This document shows, piece after piece, positions 41,750 through 55,615 of a stretch of DNA of 64,000 nt. Each line of letters begins with the position of its first letter. Within the stretch, counting starts at the first letter, position 1. The notes beneath the pieces are model-generated. The model worked only from the letters and a program-made list of their open reading frames with translations. It was not told the DNA's origin and made no database searches. Source of the DNA: Eledone cirrhosa (lineage: Eukaryota). The position numbers and the translations under genes were made by a program. The stretch is taken from contig OZ024759.1 of assembly GCA_964016885.1 (NCBI GenBank), forward strand, positions 5,456,001-5,520,000, written 5' to 3'.

Positions 41750-44700
41750 GTTCATGGTATTATCTGTCAGAAGGAACTCCACTGTTGGTGAGAATTCATT
41801 TAAGTTCATGGTATTAGCTGTCAGAAGTAACTCCACTGTTGGTGAGAATTCATTTAAGTTCATGGTATTAGCTGTCAGAAGTCACTCCAATGTTGGTGAG
41901 AATTCATTTAAATTCATGGTATTAGCTGTCAGAAGTCACTCCACTGTTGGTGAGAATTCATTTAAGTTCATGGTACTAGCTGTCAGAAGTAACCCCAATG
42001 TTGGTGAGAATTCATTTAAGTTCATGGTATTAGTTTGTCAGAAGTAACTCCACTGTTGGTGAGAATTCATTTAAGTCATGGTATTAGTTGTCAGAAGTAA
42101 CTCCAATGTTGGTGAGAATTCATTTAAGTCATGGTACTAGCTGTCAAAAGTAACTCCAATGTTGGTGAGAATTCATTTAAGTTCATGGTATTAGCTGTCA
42201 AAAGGAACTCCACTGTTGGTGAGAATTCATTTAAGTTCATGGTATTAGCTGTCAGAAGTAACTCCACTGTTGGGGAGAATTCATTTAAGTTCATGGTACT
42301 AGCTGTCAGAAGTAACTCCAATGTTGGTGAGAATTCATTTAAGTTCATGGTATTAGCTGTCAGAAGTAACTCCACTGTTGGTGAGAATTCATTTAAGTCA
42401 TGGTATTAGCTGTCAGAAGTAACTCCAATGTTGGTGAGAATTCATGTAAGTTCATGGTATTAACTGTCAGAAGTAACTCCACTGTTGGTGAGAATTCATT
42501 TAAGTTCATGGTATTAGCTGTCAGAAGTAACTCCACTGTTGGTGAGAATTCATTTAAGTTCATGGTACTAGCTGTCAGAAGTAACTCCACTGTTGGTGAG
42601 AATTCATTTAAGTTCATGGTATTAGTTTGTCAGAAGTAACTCCACTGTTGGTGAGAATTCATTTAAGTCATGGTATTAGTTGTCAGAAGTAACTCCAATG
42701 TTGGTGAGAATTCATTTAAGTTCATGGTATTAGCTGTCAAAAGTAACTCCACTGTTGGTGAGAATTCATTTAAGTTCATGGTATTAGCTGTCAGAAGTAA
42801 CTCCATTGTTGGTGAGAATTCATTTAAGTCATGGTACTAGCTGTCAGAAGTAACTCCACTGTTGGTGAGAATTCATTTAAGTTCATGGTATTAGTTTGTC
42901 AGAAGTAACTCCACTATTGGTGAGAATTCATTTAAGTCATGGTATTAGTTGTCAGAAGTAACTCCAATGTTGGTGAGAATTCATTTAATTTCATGGTACT
43001 AGCTGTCAGAAGTAACTCCATTGTTGGTGAGAATTCATTTAAGTTCATGGTACTAGCTGTCAGAAGTAACTCCACTGTTGGTGAGAATTCATTTAAGTTC
43101 ATGGTATTAGTTTGTCACAAGTAACTCCACTGTTGGTGAGAATTCATTTAAGTCATGGTATTAGTTGTCAGAAGTAACTCCAATGTTGGTGAGAATTCAT
43201 TTAAGTCATGGTACTAGCTGTCAGAAGTAACTCCAATGTTGGTGAGAATTCATTTAAGTTCATGGTATTAGCTGTCAGAAGTAACTCCACTGTTGGTGAG
43301 AATTCATTTAAGTTCATGGTACTAGCTGTCAGAAGTAACTCCAATGTTGGTGAGAATTCATTTAAGTTTATGGTATTAGCTGTCAGAAGTAACTCCACTG
43401 TTGGTAAGAATTCATTTAAGTCATGGTATTAGCTGTCAGAAGTAACTCCAATGTTGGTGAGAATTCATTTAAGTTCATGGTATTAGCTGTCAGAAGTAAC
43501 TCCACTGTTGGTGAGAATTCATTTAAGTTCATGGTATTAGCTGTCAGAAGTAACTCCACTGTTGTTGAGAATTCATTTAAGTTCATGGTATTAGCTGTCA
43601 GAAGTAACTCCACTGTTGGTGAGAATTCATTTAAGTTCATGGTACTAGCTGTCAGATGTAACCCCAATGTTGGTGAGAATTCATTTAAGTTCATGGTATT
43701 AGTTTGTCAGAAGTAACTCCACTGTTGGTGAGAATTCATTTAAGTCATGGTATTAGTTGTCAGAAGTAACTCCAATGTTGGTGAGAATTCATTTAAGTCA
43801 TGGTACTAGCTGTCAGAAGTAACTCCAATGTTGGTGAGAATTCATTTAAGTTCATGGTATTAGCTGTCAGAAGGAACTCCACTGTTGGTGAGAATTCATT
43901 TAAGTTGATGGTATTAGCTGTCAGAAGTAACTCCACTGTTGGTGAGAATTCATTTAAGTTCATGGTACTAGCTGTCAGAAGTCACTCCACTGTTGGTGAG
44001 AATTCATTTAAGTTCATGGTACTAGCTGTCAGAAGTAACCCCAATGTTGGTGAGAATTCATTTAAGTTCATGGTATTAGCTGTCAGAAGTCACTCCACTG
44101 TTGGTGAGAATTCATTTAAGTTCATGGTATTAGCTGTCAGAAGTAACTCCACAGTTGGTGAGAATTCATTTAAGTTCATGGTATTAGCTGTCAGAAGTAA
44201 CTCCACTGTTGGTGAGAATTCATTTAAGTTCATGGTATTAGCTGTCAGAAGGAACTCCAATGTTGGTGAGAATTCATTTAAGTTCATGGTACTAGCTGTC
44301 AGAAGTAACCCCAATGTTGGTGAGAATTCATTTAAGTTCATGGTATTAGCTGTCAGAAGTCACTCCAATGTTGGTGAGAATTCATTTAAATTCATGGTAT
44401 TAGCTGTCAGAAGTAACTCCACTGTTGGTGAGAATTCATTTAAGTTCATGGTATTAGCTGTCAGAAGTAACTCCACAGTTGGTGAGAATTCATTTAAGTT
44501 CATGGTATTAGCTGTCAGAAGTAACTCCACTGTTGGTGAGAATTCATTTAAGTTCATGGTATTAGCTGTCAGAAGGAACTCCAATGTTGGTGAGAATTCA
44601 TTTAAGTCATGGTACTAGCTGTCAGAAGTAACTCCACTGTTGGTGAGAATTCATTTAAGTTCATGGTATTATCTGTCAGAAGGAACTCCACTGTTGGTGA

Positions 44701-46850
44701 GAATTCATTTAAGTTCATGGTATTAGCTGTCAGAAGTAACTCCACTGTTGGTGAGAATTCATTTAAGTTCATGGTATTAGCTGTCAGAAGTCACTCCAAT
44801 GTTGGTGAGAATTCATTTAAATTCATGGTATTAGCTGTCAGAAGTCACTCCACTGTTGGTGAGAATTCATTTAAGTTCATGGTACTAGCTGTCAGAAGTA
44901 ACCCCAATGTTGGTGAGAATTCATTTAAGTTCATGGTATTAGTTTGTCAGAAGTAACTCCACTGTTGGTGAGAATTCATTTAAGTCATGGTATTAGTTGT
45001 CAGAAGTAACTCCAATGTTGGTGAGAATTCATTTAAGTCATGGTACTAGCTGTCAAAAGTAATTCCAATGTTGGTGAGAATTCATTTAAGTTCATGGTAT
45101 TAGCTGTCAAAAGGAACTCCACTGTTGGTGAGAATTCATTTAAGTTCATGGTATTAGCTGTCAGAAGTAACTCCACTGTTGGGGAGAATTCATTTAAGTT
45201 CATGGTACTAGCTGTCAGAAGTAACTCCAATGTTGGTGAGAATTCATTTAAGTTCATGGTATTAGCTGTCAGAAGTAACTCCACTGTTGGTGAGAATTCA
45301 TTTAAGTCATGGTATTAGCTGTCAGAAGTAACTCCAATGTTGGTGAGAATTCATTTAAGTTCATGGTATTAGCTGTCAAAAGTAACTCCACTGTTGGTGA
45401 GAATTCATTTAAGTTCATGGTATTAGCTGTCAGAAGTAACTCCATTGTTGGTGAGAATTCATTTAAGTCATGGTACTAGCTGTCAGAAGTAACTCCACTG
45501 TTGGTGAGAATTCATTTAAGTTCATGGTATTAGTTTGTCAGAAGTAACTCCACTATTGGTGAGAATTCATTTAATTCATGGTATTAGTTGTCAGAAGTAA
45601 CTCCAATGTTGGTGAGAATTCATTTAAGTTCATGGTACTAGCTGTCAGAAGTAACTCCATTGTTGGTGAGAATTCATTTAAGTTCATGGTACTAGCTGTC
45701 AGAAGTAACTCCACTGTTGGTGAGAATTCATTTAAGTTCATGGTATTAGTTTGTCACAAGTAACTCCACTGTTGGTGAGAATTCATTTAAGTCATGGTAT
45801 TAGTTGTCAGAAGTAACTCCAATGTTGGTGAGAATTCATTTAAGTCATGGTACTAGCTGTCAGAAGTAACTCCAATGTTGGTGAGAATTCATTTAAGTTC
45901 ATGGTATTAGCTGTCAGAAGTAACTCCACTGTTGGTGAGAATTCATTTAAGTTCATGGTACTAGCTGTCAGAAGTAACTCCAATGTTGGTGAGAATTCAT
46001 TTAAGTTCATGGTATTAGCTGTCAGAAGTAACTCCACTGTTGGTAAGAATTCATTTAAGTCATGGTATTAGCTGTCAGAAGTAACTCCAATGTTGGTGAG
46101 AATTCATTTAAGTTCATGGTATTAGCTGTCAGAAGTAACTCCACTGTTGGTGAGAATTCATTTAAGTTCATGGTATTAGCTGTCAGAAGTAACTCCACTG
46201 TTGTTGAGAATTCATTTAAGTTCATGGTATTAGCTGTCAGAAGTAACTCCACTGTTGGTGAGAATTCATTTAAGTTCATGGTACTAGCTGTCAGATGTAA
46301 CCCCAATGTTGGTGAGAATTCATTTAAGTTCATGGTATTAGTTTGTCAGAAGTAACTCCACTGTTGGTGAGAATTCATTTAAGTCATGTTATTAGTTGTC
46401 AGAAGTAACTCCAATGTTGGTGAGAATTCATTTAAGTCATGGTACTAGCTGTCAGAAGTAACTCCAATGTTGGTGAGAATTCATTTAAGTTCATGGTATT
46501 AGCTGTCAGAAGGAACTCCACTGTTGGTGAGAATTCATTTAAGTTGATGGTATTAGCTGTCAGAAGTAACTCCACTGTTGGTGAGAATTCATTTAAGTTC
46601 ATGGTACTAGCTGTCAGAAGTCACTCCACTGTTGGTGAGAATTCATTTAAGTTCATGGTACTAGCTGTCAGAAGTAACCCCAATGTTGGTGAGAATTCAT
46701 TTAAGTTCATGGTATTAGCTGTCAGAAGTCACTCCAATGTTGGTGAGAATTCATTTAAATTCATGGTATTAGCTGTCAGAAGTAACTCCACTGTTGGTGA
46801 GAATTCATTTAAGTTCATGGTATTAGCTGTCAGAAGTAACTCCACAGTTG
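41750..46850 (+). repeat. Higher-order duplication with period 2909 bp, shifting to 2639 bp (-270 bp, 5 monomers)
   Basis: ORF offsets are 2909 (42131/45040) and then 2639 (42939/45578, 43208/45847, 43423/46062, 43800/46439). Shared variants are GTCAAAAG, TGGGGAGAA and AAGTTGATGG. Confidence 0.85.
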
Positions 46851-49699
46851 GTGAGAATTCATTTAAGTTCATGGTATTAGCTGTCAGAAGTAACTCCAAT
46901 GTTGGTGAGAATTCATTTAAATTCATGGTATTAGCTGTCAGAAGTAACTCCACTGTTGGTGAGAATTCATTTAAGTTCATGGTACTAGCTGTCAGAAGTA
47001 ACTCCAATGTTGGTGAGAATTCATTTAAGTTCATGGTATTAGCTGTCAGAAGTAACTCCACTGTTGGTGAGAATTCATTTAAGTCATGGTATTAGCTGTC
47101 AGAAGTAACTCCATTGTTGGTGAGAATTCATTTAAGTCATGGTACTAGCTGTCAGAAGTAACTCCACTGTTGGTGAGAATTCATTTAAGTTCATGGTATT
47201 AGTTTGTCAGAAGTAACTCCACTGTTGGTGAGAATTCATTTAAGTCATGGTATTAGTTGTCAGAATTAACTCCAATGTTGGTGAGAATTCATTTAATTCA
47301 TGGTACTAGCTGTCAGACGTAACTCCATTGTTGGTGAGAATTCATTTAAGTTCATGGTACTAGCTGTCAGAAGTAACTCCACTGTTGGTGAGAATTCATT
47401 TAAGTTCATGGTATTAGTTTGTCAGAAGTAACTCCACTGTTGGTGAGAATTCATTTAAGTCATGGTATTAGTTGTCAGAAGTAACTCCAATGTTGGTGAG
47501 AATTCATTTAAGTCATGGTACTAGCTGTCAGAAGTAACTCCAATGTTGGTGAGAATTCATTTAAGTTCATGGTATTAGCTGTCAGAAGGAACTCCACTGT
47601 TGGTGAGAATTCATTTAAGTTCATGGTATTAGCTGTCAGAAGTAACTCCACTGTTGGTGAGAATTCATTTAAGTTCATGGTACTAGCTGTCAGAAGTAAC
47701 TCCAATGTTGGTGAGAATTCATTTAAGTTCATGGTATTAGCTGTCAGAAGTAACTCCACTGTTGGTGAGAATTCATTTAAGTCATGGTATTAGCTGTCAG
47801 AAGTAACTCCAATGTTGGTGAGAATTCATTTAAGTTCATGGTATTAGCTGTCAGAAGTAACTCCACTGTTGGTGAGAATTCATTTAAGTTCATGGTATTA
47901 GCTGTCAGAAGTAACTCCACTGTTGGTGAGAATTCATTTAAGTTCATGGTATTAGCTGTCAGAAGTAACTCCACTGTTGGTGAGAATTCATTTAAGTCAT
48001 GGTATTAGCTGTCAGAAGTAACTCCAATGTTGGTGAGAATTCATTTAAGTTCATGGTATTAGTTGTCAGAAGTCACTCCACTGTTGGTGAAAATTCATTT
48101 AAGTTCATGGTACTAGCTGTCAGAAGTAACCCCAATGTTGGTGAGAATTCATTTAAGTTCATGTTATTAGCTGTCTGAAGTAACTCCACTGTTGGTGAGA
48201 ATTCATTTAAATTCATGGTATTAGCTGTCAGAAGTAACTCCACTGTTGGTGAGAATTCATTTAAGTTCATGGTATTAGCTGTCAGAAGTAACTCCACGGT
48301 TGGTGAGAATTCATTTAAGTTCATGGTATTAGCTGTCAGAAGTAACTCCACTGTTGGTGAGAATTCATTTAAGTTCATGGTATTAGCTGTCAGAAGGAAC
48401 TCCAATGTTGGTGAGAATTCATTTAAGTTCATGGTATTAGCTGTCAAAAGTAACTCCACTGTTGGTGAGAATTCATTTAAGTTCATGGTACTAGCTGTCA
48501 GAAGTAACTCCAATGTTGGTGAGAATTCATTTAAGTTCATGGTATTAGCTGTCAGAAGGAACTCCACTGTTGGTGAGAATTCATTTAAGTTCATGGTATT
48601 AGCTGTCAGAAGTAACTCCACTGTTGGTGAGAATTCATTTAAGTTCATGGTATTAGCTGTCAGAAGTCACTCCAATGTTGGTGAGAATTCATTTAAATTC
48701 ATGGTATTAGCTGTCAGAAGTCACTCCACTGTTGGTGAGAATTCATTTAAGTTCATGGTACTAGCTGTCAGAAGTAACCCCAATGTTGGTGAGAATTCAT
48801 TTAAGTTCATGGTATTAGTTTGTCAGAAGTAACTCCACTGTTGGTGAGAATTCATTTAAGTCATGGTATTAGTTGTCAGAAGTAACTCCAATGTTGGTGA
48901 GAATTCATTTAAGTTCATGGTATTAGCTGTCAGAAGGAACTCCACTGTTGGTGAGAATTCATTTAAGTTCATGGTATTAGCTGTCAGAAGTAACTCCACT
49001 GTTGGTGAGTATTCATTTAAGTTCATGGTACTAGCTGTCAGAAGTAACTCCAATGTTGGTGAGAATTCATTTAAGTTCATGGTATTAGCTGTCAGAAGTA
49101 ACTCCACTGTTGGTGAGAATTCATTTAAGTCATGGTATTAGCTGTCAGAAGTAACTCCAATGTTGGTGAGAATTCATTTAAGTTCATGGTATTAGCTGTC
49201 AGAAGTAACTCCACTGTTGGTGAGAATTCATTTAAATTCATGGTATTAGCTGTCAGAAGTAACCCCAATGTTGGTGAGAATTCATTTAAGTTCATGGTAT
49301 TAGTTTGTCAGAAGTAACTCCAATGTTGGTGAGAATTCATTTAAGTTCATGGTATTAGCTGTCAGAAGTAACTCCACTGTTGGTGAGAATTCATTTAAGT
49401 CATGGTATTAGCTGTCAGAAGTAACTCCAATGTTGGTGAGAATTCATTTAAGTTCATGGTATTAGCTGTCAGAAGTAACTCCACTGTTGGTGAGAATTCA
49501 TTTAAATTCATGGTATTAGCTGTCAGAAGTAACTCCAATGTTGGTGAGAATTCATTTAAGTTCATGGTATTAGCTGTCAGAAGTAACTCCACTGTTGGTG
49601 AGAATTCATTTAAGTCATGGTATTAGCTGTCAGAAGTAACTCCATTGTTGGTGAGAATTCATTTAAGTCATGGTACTAGCTGTCAGAAGTAACTCCACT

Positions 49700-52600
49700 G
49701 TTGGTGAGAATTCATTTAAGTTCATGGTATTAGTTTGTCAGAAGTAACTCCACTGTTGGTGAGAATTCATTTAAGTCATGGTATTAGTTGTCAGAATTAA
49801 CTCCAATGTTGGTGAGAATTCATTTAATTCATGGTACTAGCTGTCAGAAGTAACTCCATTGTTGGTGAGAATTCATTTAAGTTCATGGTATTAGTTGTCA
49901 GAAGTCACTCCACTGTTGGTGAAAATTCATTTAAGTTCATGGTACTAGCTGTCAGAAGTAACCCCAATGTTGGTGAGAATTCATTTAAGTTCATGTTATT
50001 AGCTGTCAGAAGTCACTCCAATGTTGGTGAGAATTCATTTAAATTCATGGTATTAGCTGTCAGAAGTAACTCCACTGTTGGTGAGAATTCATTTAAGTTC
50101 ATGGTATTAGCTGTCAGAAGTAACTCCACGGTTGGTGAGAATTCATTTAAGTTCATGGTATTAGCTGTCAGAAGTAACTCCACTGTTGGTGAGAATTCAT
50201 TTAAGTTCATGGTATTAGCTGTCAGAAGGAACTCCAATGTTGGTGAGAATTCATTTAAGTTCATGGTATTAGCTGTCAAAAGTAACTCCACTGTTGGTGA
50301 GAATTCATTTAAGTTCATGGTACTAGCTGTCAGAAGTAACTCCAATGTTGGTGAGAATTCATTTAAGTTCATGGTATTAGCTGTCAGAAGGAACTCCACT
50401 GTTGGTGAGAATTCATTTAAGTTCATGGTATTAGCTGTCAGAAGTAACTCCACTGTTGGTGAGAATTCATTTAAGTTCATGGTATTAGCTGTCAGAAGTC
50501 ACTCCAATGTTGGTGAGAATTCATTTAAATTCATGGTATTAGCTGTCAGAAGTCACTCCACTGTTGGTGAGAATTCATTTAAGTTCATGGTACTAGCTGT
50601 CAGAAGTAACCCCAATGTTGGTGAGAATTCATTTAAGTTCATGGTATTAGTTTGTCAGAAGTAACTCCACTGTTGGTGAGAATTCATTTAAGTCATGGTA
50701 TTAGTTGTCAGAAGTAACTCCAATGTTGGTGAGAATTCATTTAAGTTCATGGTATTAGCTGTCAGAAGGAACTCCACTGTTGGTGAGAATTCATTTAAGT
50801 TCATGGTATTAGCTGTCAGAAGTAACTCCACTGTTGGTGAGTATTCATTTAAGTTCATGGTACTAGCTGTCAGAAGTAACTCCAATGTTGGTGAGAATTC
50901 ATTTAAGTTCATGGTATTAGCTGTCAGAAGTAACTCCACTGTTGGTGAGAATTCATTTAAGTCATGGTATTAGCTGTCAGAAGTAACTCCAATGTTGGTG
51001 AGAATTCATTTAAGTTCATGGTATTAGCTGTCAGAAGTAACTCCACTGTTGGTGAGAATTCATTTAAATTCATGGTATTAGCTGTCAGAAGTAACCCCAA
51101 TGTTGGTGAGAATTCATTTAAGTTCATGGTATTAGTTTGTCAGAAGTAACTCCAATGTTGGTGAGAATTCATTTAAGTTCATGGTATTAGCTGTCAGAAG
51201 TAACTCCACTGTTGGTGAGAATTCATTTAAGTCATGGTATTAGCTGTCAGAAGTAACTCCACTGTTGGTGAGAATTCATTTAAATTCATGGTATTAGCTG
51301 TCAGAAGTAACTCCAATGTTGGTGAGAATTCATTTAAGTTCATGGTATTAGCTGTCAGAAGTAACTCCACTGTTGGTGAGAATTCATTTAAGTCATGGTA
51401 TTAGCTGTCAGAAGTAACTCCATTGTTGGTGAGAATTCATTTAAGTCATGGTACTAGCTGTCAGAAGTAACTCCACTGTTGGTGAGAATTCATTTAAGTT
51501 CATGGTATTAGTTTGTCAGAAGTAACTCCACTGTTGGTGAGAATTCATTTAAGTCATGGTATTAGTTGTCAGAATTAACTCCAATGTTGGTGAGAATTCA
51601 TTTAATTCATGGTACTAGCTGTCAGAAGTAACTCCATTGTTGGTGAGAATTCATTTAAGTTCATGGTACTAGCTGTCAGAAGTATCTCCACTGTTGGTGA
51701 GAATTCATTTAAGTTCATGGTATTAGTTTGTCAGAAGTAACTCCACTGTTGGTGAGAATTCATTTAAGTTCATGGTATTAGCTGTCAGAAGTAACTCCAC
51801 TGTTGGTGAGAATTCATTTAAGTCATGGTATTAGCTGTCAGAAGTAACTCCAATGTTGGTGAGAATTCATTTAAGTTCATGGTATTAGTTGTCAGAAGTC
51901 ACTCCACTGTTGGTGAAAATTCATTTAAGTTCATGGTACTAGCTGTCAGAAGTAACACCAATGTTGGTGAGAATTCATTTAAGTTCATGTTATTAGCTGT
52001 CAGAAGTCACTCCAATGTTGGTGAGAATTCATTTAAATTCATGGTATTAGCTGTCAGAAGTAACTCCACTGTTGGTGAGAATTCATTTAAGTTCATGGTA
52101 TTAGCTGTCAGAAGTAACTCCACGGTTGGTGAGAATTCATTTAAGTTCATGGTATTAGCTGTCAGAAGTAACTCCACTGTTGGTGAGAATTCATTTAAGT
52201 TCATGGTATTAGCTGTCAGAAGGAACTCCAATGTTGGTGAGAATTCATTTAAGTTCATGGTATTAGCTGTCAAAAGTAACTCCACTGTTGGTGAGAATTC
52301 ATTTAAGTTCATGGTACTAGCTGTCAGAAGTAACTCCAATGTTGGTGAGAATTCATTTAAGTTCATGGTATTAGCTGTCAGAAGGAACTCCACTGTTGGT
52401 GAGAATTCATTTAAGTTCATGGTATTAGCTGTCAGAAGTAACTCCACTGTTGGTGAGAATTCATTTAAGTTCATGGTATTAGCTGTCAGAAGTCACTCCA
52501 ATGTTGGTGAGAATTCATTTAAATTCATGGTATTAGCTGTCAGAAGTCACTCCACTGTTGGTGAGAATTCATTTAAGTTCATGGTACTAGCTGTCAGAAG

Positions 52601-55600
52601 TAACCCCAATGTTGGTGAGAATTCATTTAAGTTCATGGTATTAGTTTGTCAGAAGTAACTCCACTGTTGGTGAGAATTCATTTAAGTCATGGTATTAGTT
52701 GTCAGAATTAACTCCAATGTTGGTGAGAATTCATTTAATTCATGGTACTAGCTGTCAGAAGTAACTCCATTGTTGGTGAGAATTCATTTAAGTTCATGGT
52801 ATTAGTTGTCAGAAGTCACTCCACTGTTGGTGAAAATTCATTTAAGTTCATGGTACTAGCTGTCAGAAGTAACCCCAATGTTGGTGAGAATTCATTTAAG
52901 TTCATGTTATTAGCTGTCAGAAGTCACTCCAATGTTGGTGAGAATTCATTTAAATTCATGGTATTAGCTGTCAGAAGTAACTCCACTGTTGGTGAGAATT
53001 CATTTAAGTTCATGGTATTAGCTGTCAGAAGTAACTCCACGGTTGGTGAGAATTCATTTAAGTTCATGGTATTAGCTGTCAGAAGTAACTCCACTGTTGG
53101 TGAGAATTCATTTAAGTTCATGGTATTAGCTGTCAGAAGGAACTCCAATGTTGGTGAGAATTCATTTAAGTTCATGGTATTAGCTGTCAAAAGTAACTCC
53201 ACTGTTGGTGAGAATTCATTTAAGTTCATGGTACTAGCTGTCAGAAGTAACTCCAATGTTGGTGAGAATTCATTTAAGTTCATGGTATTAGCTGTCAGAA
53301 GGAACTCCACTGTTGGTGAGAATTCATTTAAGTTCATGGTATTAGCTGTCAGAAGTAACTCCACTGTTGGTGAGAATTCATTTAAGTTCATGGTATTAGC
53401 TGTCAGAAGTCACTCCAATGTTGGTGAGAATTCATTTAAATTCATGGTATTAGCTGTCAGAAGTCACTCCACTGTTGGTGAGAATTCATTTAAGTTCATG
53501 GTACTAGCTGTCAGAAGTAACCCCAATGTTGGTGAGAATTCATTTAAGTTCATGGTATTAGTTTGTCAGAAGTAACTCCACTGTTGGTGAGAATTCATTT
53601 AAGTCATGGTATTAGTTGTCAGAAGTAACTCCAATGTTGGTGAGAATTCATTTAAGTTCATGGTATTAGCTGTCAGAAGGAACTCCACTGTTGGTGAGAA
53701 TTCATTTAAGTTCATGGTATTAGCTGTCAGAAGTAACTCCACTGTTGGTGAGTATTCATTTAAGTTCATGGTACTAGCTGTCAGAAGTAACTCCAATGTT
53801 GGTGAGAATTCATTTAAGTTCATGGTATTAGCTGTCAGAAGTAACTCCACTGTTGGTGAGAATTCATTTAAGTCATGGTATTAGCTGTCAGAAGTAACTC
53901 CAATGTTGGTGAGAATTCATTTAAGTTCATGGTATTAGCTGTCAGAAGTAACTCCACTGTTGGTGAGAATTCATTTAAATTCATGGTATTAGCTGTCAGA
54001 AGTAACCCCAATGTTGGTGAGAATTCATTTAAGTTCATGGTATTAGTTTGTCAGAAGTAACTCCAATGTTGGTGAGAATTCATTTAAGTTCATGGTATTA
54101 GCTGTCAGAAGTAACTCCACTGTTGGTGAGAATTCATTTAAGTCATGGTATTAGCTGTCAGAAGTAACTCCACTGTTGGTGAGAATTCATTTAAATTCAT
54201 GGTATTAGCTGTCAGAAGTAACTCCAATGTTGGTGAGAATTCATTTAAGTTCATGGTATTAGCTGTCAGAAGTAACTCCACTGTTGGTGAGAATTCATTT
54301 AAGTCATGGTATTAGCTGTCAGAAGTAACTCCATTGTTGGTGAGAATTCATTTAAGTCATGGTACTAGCTGTCAGAAGTAACTCCACTGTTGGTGAGAAT
54401 TCATTTAAGTTCATGGTATTAGTTTGTCAGAAGTAACTCCACTGTTGGTGAGAATTCATTTAAGTCATGGTATTAGTTGTCAGAATTAACTCCAATGTTG
54501 GTGAGAATTCATTTAATTCATGGTACTAGCTGTCAGAAGTAACTCCATTGTTGGTGAGAATTCATTTAAGTTCATGGTACTAGCTGTCAGAAGTATCTCC
54601 ACTGTTGGTGAGAATTCATTTAAGTTCATGGTATTAGTTTGTCAGAAGTAACTCCACTGTTGGTGAGAATTCATTTAAGTTCATGGTATTAGCTGTCAGA
54701 AGTAACTCCACTGTTGGTGAGAATTCATTTAAGTCATGGTATTAGCTGTCAGAAGTAACTCCAATGTTGGTGAGAATTCATTTAAGTTCATGGTATTAGT
54801 TGTCAGAAGTCACTCCACTGTTGGTGAAAATTCATTTAAGTTCATGGTACTAGCTGTCAGAAGTAACCCCAATGTTGGTGAGAATTCATTTAAGTTCATG
54901 TTATTAGCTGTCAGAAGTCACTCCAATGTTGGTGAGAATTCATTTAAATTCATGGTATTAGCTGTCAGAAGTAACTCCACTGTTGGTGAGAATTCATTTA
55001 AGTTCATGGTATTAGCTGTCAGAAGTAACTCCACGGTTGGTGAGAATTCATTTAAGTTCATGGTATTAGCTGTCAGAAGTAACTCCACTGTTGGTGAGAA
55101 TTCATTTAAGTTCATGGTATTAGCTGTCAGAAGGAACTCCAATGTTGGTGAGAATTCATTTAAGTTCATGGTATTAGCTGTCAAAAGTAACTCCACTGTT
55201 GGTGAGAATTCATTTAAGTTCATGGTACTAGCTGTCAGAAGTAACTCCAATGTTGGTGAGAATTCATTTAAGTTCATGGTATTAGCTGTCAGAAGGAACT
55301 CCACTGTTGGTGAGAATTCATTTAAGTTCATGGTATTAGCTGTCAGAAGTAACTCCACTGTTGGTGAGAATTCATTTAAGTTCATGGTATTAGCTGTCAG
55401 AAGTCACTCCAATGTTGGTGAGAATTCATTTAAATTCATGGTATTAGCTGTCAGAAGTCACTCCACTGTTGGTGAGAATTCATTTAAGTTCATGGTACTA
55501 GCTGTCAGAAGTAACCCCAATGTTGGTGAGAATTCATTTAAGTTCATGGTATTAGTTTGTCAGAAGTAACTCCACTGTTGGTGAGAATTCATTTAAGTCA

Positions 55601-55615
55601 TGGTATTAGTTGTCA
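49700..55615 (+). repeat. Two-copy tandem higher-order repeat, period 2911 bp (54 monomers), built from 1994-bp and 917-bp sub-blocks
   Basis: ORF offsets are 2911 (49831/52742, 50695/53606, 50964/53875, 51825/54736). Related offsets are 1994 (49831/51825, 53606/55600), 917 (51825/52742) and 1832 (48863/50695). Confidence 0.9.
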
